DNA from: Bugula neritina
Taxonomy: Eukaryota; Animalia; Bryozoa
Length of the DNA stretch: 64,000 nt
Direction: 5' to 3'
NCBI GenBank assembly: GCA_964035545.1
Contig: OZ037770.1
Coordinates: 8,562,973 to 8,626,972 of the forward strand
This document shows, piece after piece, positions 1 to 13,375 of this stretch. Both the position numbers and the translations under genes were made by a program. The notes beneath the pieces are model-generated. The model made no database searches, was not told the origin of the DNA, and saw only the letters and a program-made list of their open reading frames with translations. The stretch's first letter is position 1. The number at the start of each line of letters is the position of its first letter.

Positions 1-3000
1 CTGAGTGAGAGGCAATGGTGGTTTGGGGGTGGTGCCGACCTCACCCCTTATTATCTCGATGAGAAGGTAGGCTATTGTTTCACCTATCTTGAGATTAGCT
101 GGCTGGGTAATACTGGCTGATCAAACTAGTCCAATATTTCCTATTAGGTGCTGTATAGCACATGTGCTGTGTCTAGATTTATCTGCTCAGTTGCTGAGAT
201 ACATTCTGATGTGTTGACTCTAAGTCACACTATGTACTACTACCAGTATTAACTCTAAGTCACTCTAACTATGTACTAGTACCAGTATTAACTCTAACTC
301 ATTTTAACTGCGTACCTTTAGTGCTAGTATTAACTGTAACTAACTATAACTACACTCAGTCTCACTATTAACTCAGCTCTCCGTATGTTGCAGGACGTTA
401 AGCACTTCCACTGTTCATACAAAGCAGCATGTGACCTGCACGGACCATCCTACTATCGCAGGTTCAAGAAGTGGTGCGATGATTACTTCTTTATTAAACA
501 TCGCTGTGAGTTATTATCCCCACCTGTGTGTGTCCTGCTTTACAAACTGTGATGTTAGAGTAGCCTATGATCTGTAGTTTTAAGATTTGTTTGTTGCACA
601 ACAAAAACACCGACTTTAGGTAGCCAGTTGGTGTTTACTGAACAGTGAAGATTGCTCCAAATTATCAATTGCAATCCTCTCCATTTTATAGTCAAGTAAT
701 GGTGCCTGAATTAGTGTTGGCTGCTGTTTGATGCACTATAAAGCCCTGTTTTTCACACAACTGTTGAAGTATAGTACTGTACAGATGATGGAGTAGCACT
801 ATGTATATGTATGTATATGGCTTCAAGCATGCTGCTGTGTTTTAGGCATGGGTCGCGGTGTTGGTGGTATATTCTTTGATGACTTTAAATCTAAAAATAT
901 AGATGCCTGTTTCAATTTTGTTAAGGTGAGTGAAAAGATTTTGAGAGGTGGTTGCATGTTAATGTTAATGCAGGCTATAGTTAAGTACTTATACCTACTT
1001 TGTTGACTTACTTAATTACTTAATTTACAGTAAATACATTCTTCTTTCTATAGGATTTTGATGTATTTTTTGGAGTTGTACTGTCACTGAAAATATTGAC
1101 TAAGAGTAGACAACTACGATTTCTGTTGCAGTTTTACAAGTAATGACAATTTTTTATATAGAAGTGCTGAATATTGATGTGGATATGTATTAATTTAACT
1201 TGATAAAGTTTATGTTACTAGACACTCACTAGATACTTTTCTATTCAACAAGTGAAATGTTCAGCATTATATAAGTCCTTCCTTTATAGAAACTTCAGTT
1301 TTAAACGGAATTTATCGACTACAGTAACTTTTCAATAGGGATAGCCAGTCAACTTGTGTGACACATGAATTCTAGTCAACACAATGCCATCTCATAATTT
1401 TTGGAAATATATTTTACTCCAATTGATATATTAAATATAAAAAAATTCCATACTTGAAATTTATTCTAATTGATATTTAATCAATTGCCAAAAAGTTAAA
1501 ACTATTTTAGATAGGCAGTTAAATAACAAAGTGAAACTATATACTTGAAATTAGCCAACTGTATTACCATATTTCATCAGTTTTATTACGGGATATTAGA
1601 TGCTTCTGCTCTAATCTCTGTAACGCTAGTTAGTATTTTCTATTCACTTCTCTTTATAATTGAGTTACTATTTCTTCATGGAACTTGTATACCTCACTAC
1701 TTGTCTGTTTTCTTTCTATGCTCGTAGTCCTGCTCCAAGGCGGTTATTCCCAGCTACATTCCTATAGTCAATAAGCATAAGAACGACGGCTACGGGCTGA
1801 GGGAACGAGAATGGCAGTTGACCAGGAGAGGTCACTACACTGAGTTCAACCTCTTGTATGACAGAGGTACAAAGTTTGGTTTCTCCACACCCGGAGCTCG
1901 ACACGAGAGCATTCTGATGTCGCTGCCCCCTAGAGCCGTAAGTGCTGCCTTGTATTTCTTTAGAAAGATTTGTTTGGTCAGTTGGCCAGAATTATAAATT
2001 TTTTGAATTTGTAAAAAGTAAGCTACAAAAACATGATAACTGTTGAAAGTTTATCAATATGTTGTTGGTAATTTATTATTAAATTTATTAGTATGTTTGT
2101 AATTTATTAGTATGTTTGTAATTTATTAGTATGTTTGTAGCAGTTTAGTTTAAGTTATTGAGCTTCTGTTTAATTTATAAATAACAGAATTATCTGTAGC
2201 TGTAGCATTGACAACTATCCAGCAGTTTCTCTGGTAGATAGACATTTTAATAATGCTGTGTTTGAAATAGGAGATCTGTATTGAATTGATACAGTGTTTA
2301 TTACACAGCTTGTTGTTGGTCATTATCTTCAAAGGTTTTCTTTTCATTTATGAAAATAATTATGGCTGATATTATGAAATATATCTTTTCCCCAACTCTC
2401 TAATCTCTTCCCAATTCTATTATCTTCAAAGCTAAGAATTATGTTAAGCTGAAACATGGATTGCCTTTGATGTATTACATAATAATTAACTGTGTCTAAT
2501 TATATTTTATTGTAATGTTACTTCATTTGATGAAAAATGTTGTTTTGCTTGAAAGGAAGGCAATCCATCATGTTTGCTTTGTTCTATTTTAAAGAAATTT
2601 ACAATTTCTTTCTGATCTCTATTCAACTATGCCTTTGAATGTGTTGTAGTACTTTCAAGTTATTATAGCATTATTACTTTGTGCACTCATGTAACAAACA
2701 TCTAAAGTCTGCTCCTTGCCATTCTACTTTGCAACAGATTGGCTATTTTTCTTTACCCAGATAATGGTTTTCATTGTTTTTAACATTATTAAGTCATGGG
2801 TCTGTGTTGCTTGACATTTTAACTGAACTGCATTTGGTTAGTTACCAAAAAGTACTCTGTTTATTGTTGCTGATGTAACAATTTTAATGGAGTTATAAAT
2901 AAAACTGGTATTTTTGTTACTAATGTAGCTCATTGCATTTGGGCTGTTAAAAACCTCACTACTTCATAGGAGCTGCAGATGTTACATTTTGTTTACACCA

Positions 3001-3589
3001 GTGACTGTGTTCTGTTAACAGGCCAGTAGTATCTTAACCTGCTGGTTCAGCTGTAGTTTTGTGGATTTCTTGGTGCTTACAGCTTTGAAATTATGGTGTC
3101 ATTCCAGTTAGACAACCCCTAATATTGCTATCAGATATATGTGCAGATGATATTAAAATATAGTTGACTACTTTAAAATTTGAAATTGAATGAATATAAT
3201 GTAGAAGAATAGTTTTAAAAAGTCATATATTATTTTAAAAAAACTAGGCATCTTATGGATAATGACTTCAGTAAACTGTTAGAGCAATGGCTTCAATTAG
3301 ACACATATGCACATGGATTTACATGAAATCAAAATAAATGCAATTTGGTATAAATATCATTAATCTTTTAATTCTTAACGTTTTTAAATAAAGTACTTCA
3401 AGTGAAATATGCTGATGGTCGTCTAACTGGAAGTTGTTTATTTGCACTGAATCCGAAATTATATTTAGTAGTTATCAGCACATGCATGTTTTACAGGCCT
3501 GGCACTATTGTCACAACCCGGAGCCATCCTCCAAGGAGGGCCAGCTGGTGGAGGTACTCAGGAACCCTAAGGACTGGGCCTCTGTGTAA
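1..3589 (+). CDS. CPOX: Oxygen-dependent coproporphyrinogen-III oxidase, 3' part (5' end outside window). Exons <1-66, 394-505, 846-925, 1728-1937, 3497-3589
   Basis: GT-AG joined exons read [14 protein letters not shown] / [14 protein letters not shown] / [10 protein letters not shown] / [13 protein letters not shown] / ESILMSLP / [11 protein letters not shown], the HemF/CPOX signature motifs; phases consistent; AATAAA near 3819 and 3881. Confidence 0.96.
1440..1606 (+). repeat. Dispersed ~165-bp repeat, copy 1 (copy 2 at 4160-4325)
   Basis: Collinear similarity including taattgatattt and tacttgaaattagccaa. Confidence 0.7.
2082..2138. repeat. 19-bp tandem repeat x3
   Basis: aatttattagtatgtttgt. 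Confidence 0.9.
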
Positions 3590-4159
3590 TACCAAAAATA
3601 TCTGCCTCCTCAGTTCTAATCTATATCCATCTATGTTACCCACTCCACAAAATGCAATACTATTAGATTCTAGTTTTTTAGCCTAAAAAGTATAAATTAA
3701 ACAAATCCTATCTCTGTTTTCAAGTGGAACAACTGTTAGTTTCGATGTCTATACTTGTTTTATATTGTTATGTAAGTTTTGATGGTTGTTTTCTCTACAA
3801 TGTTTTACACATATGCTCAATAAATGTATACAAATTCCAAACATCTGATGTAATACTAATTTATGTAGTTTGGTTTAAGCAATAAATAAATGTTCAATTG
3901 AGACTAAATTAGTCTGGCATTCAAGCTGTGAATAAGACAACAGTTGACTAGATCAGCTCATACTGCTAACTTAAATCCAAGTATAGTGTCATTAATACCA
4001 ATAACTGCCTGGCTGAGGTCTGGAAATTGGTTGCATTCCAGTGTTGGCATATTGTTTCACTAAAATGTCATCATGATAAATGTGAATGAATATTGGCTCG
4101 TTAGAGCAGAATAGTGTATGAATTTTTACTCTAAATGACACAAGTGATACATTAAATGT

Positions 4160-4325
4160 AAAAATTCCACATTGAAACTTATTTTAATTGATATTTGATC
4201 AATCACCAAATGACTAAAATTGTTTTGGATAAGCAGCTTAATGACAATTAAAACTAAATACTTGAAATTAGCCAATACTTGTTAGCATTTCTCATCAGCT
4301 TTAATAAGTAATATTAGAAGCTTCT
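4160..4325 (+). repeat. Dispersed ~165-bp repeat, copy 2
   Basis: Collinear with 1440-1606. Confidence 0.7.
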
Positions 4326-4984
4326 TATGCAGTAAAGTGTACAACTCTAAGTAAGGTTACTCAATCTTCATGAAATTTTCGAACACTCAAGTTAAAATAA
4401 AAGCAAAGGAGATAGTTTCCCAAAATATGTATCAATTTCTATTGATGAAATGCAGAAGCTAGCATATACAACGTACAATCAATATTGCATTAGGTTTGTT
4501 ATAAAGAAGCTATAAAGCAGGAAACACATGGCAGTAGACTATTGAGCCCTTCTTTGAACTTTATTATTGTAGTGAAAAGTAACATCTTAATACAACTAAC
4601 TATTGAATACAGATTCAATAAAGCTCATTTATAATATTCTAGTACAGTTAGACTAACTTTAGATGAATTATATTTCTCAAGTTTGAAAATTTTTACTTAA
4701 CATATATCTACCATTGTATTTGAGTCACTACATATCATATAGCAGTTCATCTGTTAAAAGCAGATATGTTATGAATATGTTATAATCTATACAATTAGAT
4801 CCTGTACATTTACATGCAAGAACACCCAAGTGCAAACAGTTTACAATAGTATTGTAACCAGTGCAATATTACATCACCATATTGTAAAACCCAACATGTA
4901 ATAATTTGAAAGCATTATAAAAGTTGTCTTCTCAGTTTGACAAATATAAAACGTATAACAGCTTTAAACCGCAACTACTTCTAG

Positions 4985-7959
4985 CTACAGGATAGACTCA
5001 TCGAAAGCTCCATCACTGAGTAGCCTGTGGCCAGTTCGACTCAGCACTTCCCGCATATGTACAGTGTAGAGTGGGAACATGGCTAAGGTCATGTCCAACT
5101 TCTCTCTCAAGTTGATGAGATCCAGCATAGCGAGTATGGGAGAGACGTGATCATTGTCCTTATTTCTAATCCTGTTGATTGTGAGTAGCAGGTTGGAGAC
5201 TGAAATCATCACACGTATGCTATAGAGTATAGTGCGTTGTATGTTGTATATAGGTACAGTGTGTTGCATATATAGTGTGTTGTATATGCAGTGTGTTGTG
5301 GGAGCAGCCGTGGTCTAGGGGTTAGAGAGTTTGCCTAGTAAGCACCAAGTCATGGGTTCGAGCCCAGACAAAGGCCGTTAATGACGTTAGGAAGAGCATC
5401 CAGTCATGATTGCTCCTGTGCCTCATATGAATACGTCCTTGGCCCAATTCAACAAAAACCCTTTCCATCAGGGGTTTTCTCACATGGATAGTGACTATAA
5501 ACTTGCCTAAGTATATACCGTGTGTTGTCTGCTCATAATAAAATATTTACCCCACTGGTAATCAAACTGCAGACCCCCTCCCCCCTGCAAGCTGATATGC
5601 TAACCATTACACTACAGGGGTTACTGGGGAACCTCAACACTACACCCATGGCAACAGTTGAAAAGTGTACCTTTTATACAAATAAATCTCACACAAGTTT
5701 ATAGTCACCATCCCTGTGAGAACTGCTGCTGTAAAGGTTTTTTTTTTCTTAAACAGGACTAAGGACTTATTCAGATGAGGCTCAGGAACAATTATGACTG
5801 GATGCTCTTCCTAACATCATCAATAGCTTTTGCCTGGTTTAAAACCATGACTTCATGCTCACTAGGCAAACACTCTAACCCTTAGACCACGTCTGCTTCA
5901 AAAGTCTGCCTTTTGATTGACTAATAACAAATTACAGCACAATATATAACTGTGAAGCATGAAATTAGCTAGTCAAACCTTGTGGGATGCACTCCATCTG
6001 AGTGAGTAGGTTAGAATCCCGGATGAAATCAGAGAACTTGGCAGTAACCAGTAGCTCAGTGAAGTTGACGATATACCCCATTATATATTTGCAGAGAAAC
6101 TCAGCTGAATGGGGACATTCACTAAACTTTCTCAGCATGTATATCACCTCCTCAACACTGTTCATATTCTACAATGATTACATCATGTACTGTATAGTGG
6201 TACTGTGATGAAGTGCTGTCTTCCATTATATTTCTGTACAAATGAGCTAACAGATGGGTAACATGAAGGTAACAGGCATCTAGTTGGGCATAATAAAAGT
6301 TGCGACAATAATATACTGCCTTGTAGGAATATGCAATGTGAAGCAGGGAAATTTTGAATGGTAAAAAATAAACATTCCTAAAAATAGACATTAATCGGTA
6401 CATTAAAAATAAACTAAATTACAGCTTTTCATTTCTTTGTAGTTACCAACGCACATAAAAACTGCATACATTATGTGACTTTTTGCTATATCTAAATGTC
6501 ATAGCGCAGTGTAATAAGACGTGTTAGTTTACTATTTATAAGGTGTCATTACAGAAAGATGCTTCCCACTTGATAAAATTCCCACTTAAACGCTTCCCAC
6601 ATGGCTATTTATTTTGGTAAAATATATGTATTTTATGAGGGGTTTGAGTTTGGAGGCACAAAATATATTACATTTAAAATTTTTAACAGGTCTAATAATC
6701 ACATTTCACAATTACTTAAATGTGGTCAACATTCTAAATCCTCAATTTCAAATGATTTCTTACTTTCAATTGTGTGAAATATTACGAGAAATATGTTTAA
6801 GCATAAGAGTAATATCCACATACAGTATATATAACATAAATGTAAGCACGTAGGTTGACACATAATATATATAATAAATTACATCAGCTGCTTTCACAGT
6901 AGGGGGACAGAACACAATGATGAGACATCTGGTGTAGAAATCCTCTAGTGACGTCATAACCTCACCACATCTGGACACAGCCATTGACACCTTCAATAAC
7001 TCTACCATACACCTGTATATAAAAGTAAAGGGAACTAGCAGTAGAATACAACTACCACATATAAAATTTGCAGTTCCATTTTACCTAGGTGTGATACATG
7101 GTGAACATTGTAGAAATACTGGTGTCAGGTAAAAATGGCACAAATGGAGTAGTGGGCAAAAATAGCACATTTTCAATATTGGGGCTTAGGGTAGGGGGTT
7201 GGGGGATTTGGGAAAATTTAACATCAGTTGTGCCATTTTTGCCTACTTTTCCATTTGTGCCATTATTACCTGTGCTATTTTTACCTAAAATCATAAATAT
7301 CATGTATGATAAGGTCCGAAATGCTACAAAGAAAAAAAGCAGAAATCTTGCACCGGCATTCTTCACTTAAAACATGTGCGAACAGTTTTTTGCTTACCAC
7401 GCATGGGAAACAACCAGCACCTATATTTAGCAACATGAAAAACAACTTGGATCTTTCTACAATAATTATGCATGCCGGAATTTCATCAAGTGAGTGTCCT
7501 AAATTATTCTATAAATGCTGCATGCGATCACAAGGTTGAAGTGTTGCTGATGAATTATGGGGCATGGCAGGAAATATGGGATAGTGTGTAGATGGAATGC
7601 CAGTTGGAGATGTCCACTGAATAGCAGGCTTATGGCATATGAAACACACAAAATAATAGTTGGATGATGAACAGATTTTCATATAAACATAAACAAAATA
7701 AATCAACTGCTGCATGAAGAATGTTTTCTGATAAATTTAAATGAGGAGACATGGAGACTGGAGGAGAAATCCCTTTGAATATATTATATAATCTGAACTG
7801 CTACCCGCTTGCATAAATGAGAAGTTAATTGATAGTATCTGGGCCCGTTTGAAATCACATTTATAAACTGTGTCTAATATTATACCAAGTTATGTTATAG
7901 CTTTTGGAGTTCAGTATGCGCACACTAATATATAGCATGATATATGTAAAGCAAACCTG

Positions 7960-8029
<70 letters not shown>

Positions 8030-11000
8030 GTATATGTATGTATATATACACACACAATTGAACTTGCATTCCTTTGCCTCAAGATGTAAAGACATGCATC
8101 ACTTGAAATTAGCTATAAGAAATACTAACTCACAGCATGTCTGCATTAAACTCAAAGTAATGAGTATTAATTTATGTCAACAAGGCCAGGGCAGGAGAGA
8201 TGAAAGAGAAATAATTAGCTAGTTAAGACATCAAGCAGTACACACTATTATTATATATTCAGAGCTGCATTGCAAAACCTTGTGAAACATAAAATTGGTT
8301 TTGGTGTTATGCTAATCAGTTGGGCTATTTATAGTGACTAAATTAGCCCCACTTTACAGAGCTGGGGTTAGAGAGAGGGAGTGAGTAGAAGGGAATTAGT
8401 TGCTCTTATTTATAGGAAGCTAATTTCCTCAGAATTAGTCATAAAGAATGTGTCCAGAAGAGTTACTAATTAGACTTCAGGGTCTGGCAAGGCACAGAGA
8501 GGGAGAATTTTATTCATACCAATAATATGTTTTCTTAAGAGATTTCACACCCAGCCAAGCTATTGAGGGAGCCTTTTGTGATTGTTTTCATCCTAATAGT
8601 ATATTATACATCATAGACATTAGTGAGAACTGGCCATTAACATTCTACATATACTAAATGATAAGTGAATAGATAAATAAACATAGATAATACATTACTT
8701 GGCATAAACAATACATTCATAATACAGCATATATATCTCAAGCAGCGAACTAGATATGCCATGTAATATTGATATACGATAATGTACTATGAATATGGTT
8801 GTTTGGACCAGCTATCAGTAATAGATTGAGCTAAAATGCCTTACATGAGAAAAAACATACTACTATAGGCTAAAAAAGCTATACCAACAAACTTAACCAA
8901 CAAGAAGAGAATTGGGCAAGTTTTCATTAATCTACCTTGACTTGGCTATCTTTGTAGATTGGCCCATCCTGTTCATAACTACGAAGCAGTGAGCTCAGAA
9001 AGTTTTCACCGGATTGCAGTGAGTTATTGTTATTAATATATAATATACACACAGTAGGTTGTACCTTGTAAGTTGTCTTCTCATAGTCTTTGTTTCGTCT
9101 ACATTAGGCTCACTGGAGAAGTCCGAGCACAAGCTGTCTTTCAGTGTACGTACACAGTCTAAGTAAGTGTCTATGACAACTGATGTAGCCCCGGAGTTCA
9201 ACACCACCTATCGGTTGAAAATAACAAAATGAGTGAACTTCATACTTCATATAAATATTTGATGCTTCTGTAAATTTTACAATCTCTGCCACTTGCCTGA
9301 CATTATATAAACAAGTGTATTAATATATCATGTAGGAGTTACCTAGCTGTGTTCTACTGTTTATAAGACTGACTTGTTGAAAAATTTTATTGAGGATTGT
9401 TCCAATTTTACATATATTGTTCATTCAGTTGCTTTAAAGGGAGCAGCCATGATCTAGGGGTTAGAGTGTTTACCTAGTAAACACGAGGTCCTGGGTTCGA
9501 ACCTGGGAAAGGCCATTGGTGATGTTAGGAAGAGCATCCAATCATAATTGCTACTCTGCCTCATTTAAATAAGTCCTTAGCCCGCTTTAACAAAAACCTT
9601 TTCCATCAGGGTTCTCACAGAGGGATGGTGACTATAAACTCGCGTGATTTCATCAAGTTGCTTTAAACTCTTTAAAAATATTTAGGCTGTTGAGACTATT
9701 TATTTGAAATAAGATCACACTCACACTATTAGCCTAGGGCCACACGGTGCGTATTTTCGCATGCGAAAATTGAAATCACAAGTAGCAAAGGTGTCCACTG
9801 TGCGCGTTGAGAAAACCTTCGCACTTGTCGCTCTGCATTTTCAACGCAATTGCGAATCGTCTCTGTCGTCGTCACCTAATTGGCTGGTAGCTATTCAGCG
9901 AGCCCAATTTCTTTATTTAGTGCTATATTCCAGTAAATTGCGTTTTATTGAAAGCGAGTGCGATTTAAAAATGAAAGCTTTATTTATCACGCATCACTGA
10001 CGCTACAGTGGACACCTTTGCTACTTGTGATTTTAATTTTCGCATGCGAAAATACGCACAGTGTGGCCCTAGGCTTACAGCAGCAGCGGATCTGTTAATC
10101 TAGACAGCAGCTGATAAGATGTTGTTATAAGTTTATCCATTGTAAAAAATTCTAGCATCTTATAATTTATTAATTGGTTCTACTTCTACATTGTCAATTA
10201 CCCCTATGTAACTCCTTTAGGTTATCATAAAAAAAGTTTTTCAAAAATAAAATTAACTTGTATACAGATGCTTTTCACTTTTAACTGTCATTTTTCTCTA
10301 AATTTTCTTTACCTGCAGCATTGTTAAATGCATATATAACTTGACAATAACAGTAATTAATATGTAAAAAAAAACCTGAAACTGCAATGGAACGATAAAT
10401 GAGTTTATAAAACAAGAACCTGTGTTAGCATGATATCAGGTTTGCACAAATGTATGCTGGGAAAAGTCATAATCTAATGAGACTCGCTAGATGCAGCACA
10501 AACTCTCTAATTTGAGTTTGTATAAAGCTAGGGCCACATTGATCAAAATAGTGAAAAGTGTGTGAAATCCATGCACACACAACTGTATTTGCCAATGGCT
10601 TAACCAAATTGTTTCATTTGAAATCACACTTGTTATCTCAATAATTCGGAATTGATTAGACACTTTAAAACGTACATCTAAAACACAAAAATGTTAGCCA
10701 ATTAGATTATTACTGCAGAAACTGTTTGCAGTAATTTGTTCAACATTTTGATAGAATGAAATTCGCGCAAAACAGCCCATTTTTTTGCCTTTGCCAAGTT
10801 TTTGCTAGCGGCCTGTGCAGAAATCTGCCTAATGTGTCAATAATATACAAATTTAATTTTTCATACACACGGTACCATCATTGTACTAATAACTGTCAAT
10901 TGTTGGTACAAATATGTAAATCAAAAATACAGTCTTCTTTATCTGCATGATTTGGCTAACTTGAAAAAAAATATGCTATATAATTTGAGAATAAGTTTTC

Positions 11001-12019
11001 ATTCATAGCTTACCTAAAACAGGCTCTGTATTAGTACTTACTAGTGAACCTGTGGTAAGTTCTTTTAGAGAGGCGATCCTGGTGAGGAAGACATTATGAC
11101 TAGAAAGTTTAGTGAACACATTGGGGCACTCATTAAGCTGAAAGGTGCAGTTCGGGGAGGCTACCACGGCAGCCGCAACTGAAGAATTAGCTTGAGAACT
11201 CTGTGTAGCTTGGGTGAGGGGTGGAGTCAAGATGTCCATAGGAGTCACCCCAGACTCTACTTTATCACAATCTAACATATATGAGATGTAGCTAAGGCTA
11301 ATTTAAGAGATTATAACAAACCGAGAATGTCTATTCACCTACTTTTCTATTATTCATTGTTTCCGAGGTACAAGTGCACTAATGGAGAAATTCAGAAACG
11401 CCTATGTTCTAGATTAGGAATGTAGCATAAGAAGTTATGTTCCCTCAAGAGATTTAACCCATGCCCCAAACCAAAATTTAATAAAAATATTGAAAAACTT
11501 AGGCTATCTCAATTTCTCCACTGCTGCTTTTAAATGCGTTTCATAAGTTGTTGCAAAAAATCAAGGAGATAAATAATCATATCAGTAATGACACTACAAT
11601 TTTAAAAAAGTGGCAAAAACTAACCGACATGCAAATCTTTGAGCACTTGGTTCTGTTTAAGCCTGAGTAACTCATCTTTAAGTTTATAATACTCAGCCTT
11701 CCAATCATTCTGCTTGCTGAGCACTGATTTCTGCAATGCTAAGGCATAAGAGTAGCCATCTGGGTGCTCTCCTTTATTCTTGATTATAATAGTCGCCAAG
11801 GTCACCCTTACGTAATTAATGTATGAATCTGCAACAAATAGGGTAACACTTTGAGGCAAACCAGTCAACAAAACATTCGAAGCCAAGCACAAAAACTTAA
11901 ATCACTAATAAAATAGGTCACATGGAGAAGGAATAATCATTTACTGATTGAGAATTACACGACAAAATGCAAAAATACTAACCAAGCAGAGATTTATCAC
12001 ACAATGGGCCTTCAGCCAT
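4985..12019 (-). CDS. MEI4: Meiosis-specific MEI4-like protein, 382 aa. Exons (minus) 12019-11983, 11828-11625, 11271-11042, 9207-9065, 7012-6883, 6168-5979, 5199-4985
   Basis: Seven exons with GT-AG sites join in frame (1149 nt). N-terminus YVRVTLATIIIKNK..YALAL....KQNDWK.....LKDELLRLKQ resembles the recalled MEI4 N-terminus (KLALALAIIRSKP..Y..L....Q..W......LE.EV..LRQ); C-terminal FPLY motif and length also fit. Minus-strand AATAAA at 4560-4565. Confidence 0.8.
5301..5506 (+). mobile_element. tRNA-derived SINE, copy A
   Basis: tRNA-like head with A box TGGTCTAGGGG and B box GGTTCGAGCC; body shared with 3 other copies; degenerate flanking repeat gtatat..gtgtgttgt. Confidence 0.9.
5694..5898 (-). 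mobile_element. tRNA-derived SINE, copy B (inverted relative to A)
   Basis: Reverse complement of the same head and body (ctctaacccttagaccacg, ggatgctcttcctaacatca, agtttatagtcacc). Confidence 0.88.
7127..7286. mobile_element. Short foldback element with subterminal repeats and G-rich TTAGGG-like core
   Basis: aggtaaaaatggcaca repeats on the left mirrored by tgtgccatttttgcct / tgctatttttacct on the right; centre ggggcttagggtagggggttggggg. Confidence 0.65.
7965..8055. repeat. (TA)n microsatellite
   Basis: Directly visible. Confidence 0.97.
9439..9647 (+). mobile_element. tRNA-derived SINE, copy C
   Basis: Same family; target duplication agttgctttaaa at 9427-9438 and 9656-9667. Confidence 0.9.
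9732..10074. mobile_element. MITE, PIF/Harbinger-like
   Basis: About 70-bp terminal inverted repeats (gcctagggccacac..ggtgtccactgt) flanked by TTA on both sides. Confidence 0.85.
11375..11527 (+). mobile_element. ~155-bp MITE family, copy 1
   Basis: TIR gca.taatggagaaatt / aatttctccactgctgc; interior shared with copies at 25638 and 30521. Confidence 0.75.
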
Positions 12020-12899
12020 ACTCTTCAAACCTGTTTTACAACATTTTGATATACTCAATCTAAAAAGACACAAACGAAGGCGGTTTTATAGTAATCAAAT
12101 GTAAATTATACTTGACTTGACAATAGTGATGACTGCCATTAGTACTAGTTGACAGAAAATTTGAGCTTTGAAGTTGATAACCACCACTATGGATATGATG
12201 AAATTTAGGTAATTGACTATTGAGTAAATTTCTTATTGAGTTGGCAATATAATTATAAGTGTAACACAATAAATATCTATCACTAATCCTACTAATCTAA
12301 GTCTAATAATATTACTAATATACTAATTATAATGCTATCTCTATAAGTTATCAAGTATTAGTATAACATTAATCATTAATGGCTTATTGGTCAATGTTAC
12401 AGTTGAAGTTAATAACAAGTTAGGTACAATTAATATTTTATTTATACATATATAATATTGATAACAATAATTATTTATATTCTGATTCATATTCTAATTC
12501 ATATTGATATGTATATTGTCATCTAGTTCCACAATCACATTGATTTAAATAAATGGTACCCGTACCGGTACTAAGATTATTAAAGTAATTAAAATTTAAA
12601 TTCAATTTAATTATGATGATTGTGATTACCATAGTGAGGTAAACTTCAATTTGTATTTAACTATTTAACTATTTTACTTTTACAATTAAAATTTGTATTT
12701 TTCTATTCTCATTCTCATACTCATAGTCATAGCCATTCTGATCCTGATTCTCATTCTCATTTTGCTATTTGACACTGACAGATGTTAGCAAAGTCCATTT
12801 AGGATTTCACTATATACCATAAACTGATAAATATATTTATATTAGTAATCAATGTGCTTAACATTAATGTGAAAATACAATATAATGATTAATAATGTA

Positions 12900-13260
12900 A
12901 TTGAAATAACTTTTTTACATAAACTTTAAGTCTAAGGTTCAAGTTTCAACCGTAAGGTTGATGTCGCTCATTCTGCTTCCAACATGATGTCGTTGCACAG
13001 TAGGTATTTGCTAAAAGCAAAATAGAATAGATTGTAAGAGAGGTTAATTACAACAAACTAAGACTATCGATAGGAGTCGCTGAAAGCGCAATACTTCAAT
13101 ACATAAGTTGTCGGCGACTACATACAGTTGATTACAAAAAGCCGAACCAGAACTGGATATCAAGAAAGTAACAGGAAAGCTTTTTAAGCCTCAGGCTAGA
13201 GCCAGGATGGACTTGGAATTATACAAATGGGCGATCAGCTTCTATTAACCAATAAAAATA
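12900..13260. promoter_or_regulatory. Probable promoter / 5' non-coding exon region of MEI4, possibly bidirectional
   Basis: CpG-containing island of normal complexity between two very AT-rich tracts; minus-strand acceptor at 12031-12032 just upstream of the MEI4 ATG implies an untranslated upstream exon. Confidence 0.4.
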
Positions 13261-13375
13261 CCGCTAGAAGCAGCACTGAGTTTGGGATGATTGAGCACAG
13301 TAAATTCTGTATGCACATCGCTGTCCAAACTCTGAACTCGATACCCCTGAACCAATGCAAACCAATGGCAATTGT
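13260..13375. mobile_element. Short AAGCAGC-ended MITE family, truncated copy
   Basis: Aligns by eye to 59033-59140 (cgctagaagcagcac..aactcga.acccc..caatgcaa); right TIR not seen. Confidence 0.6.

Noticed and set aside
5301-5372. tRNA-Thr gene
   Set aside because: It is the head of a SINE: fixed downstream body in four copies, target duplications, poor acceptor stem.
8936-8978. Possible 43-nt extra MEI4 exon, and an alternative donor at 11013
   Set aside because: Both shift the frame into early stops, whereas the main chain joins cleanly; no evidence they are used, though a poison-exon role cannot be excluded.
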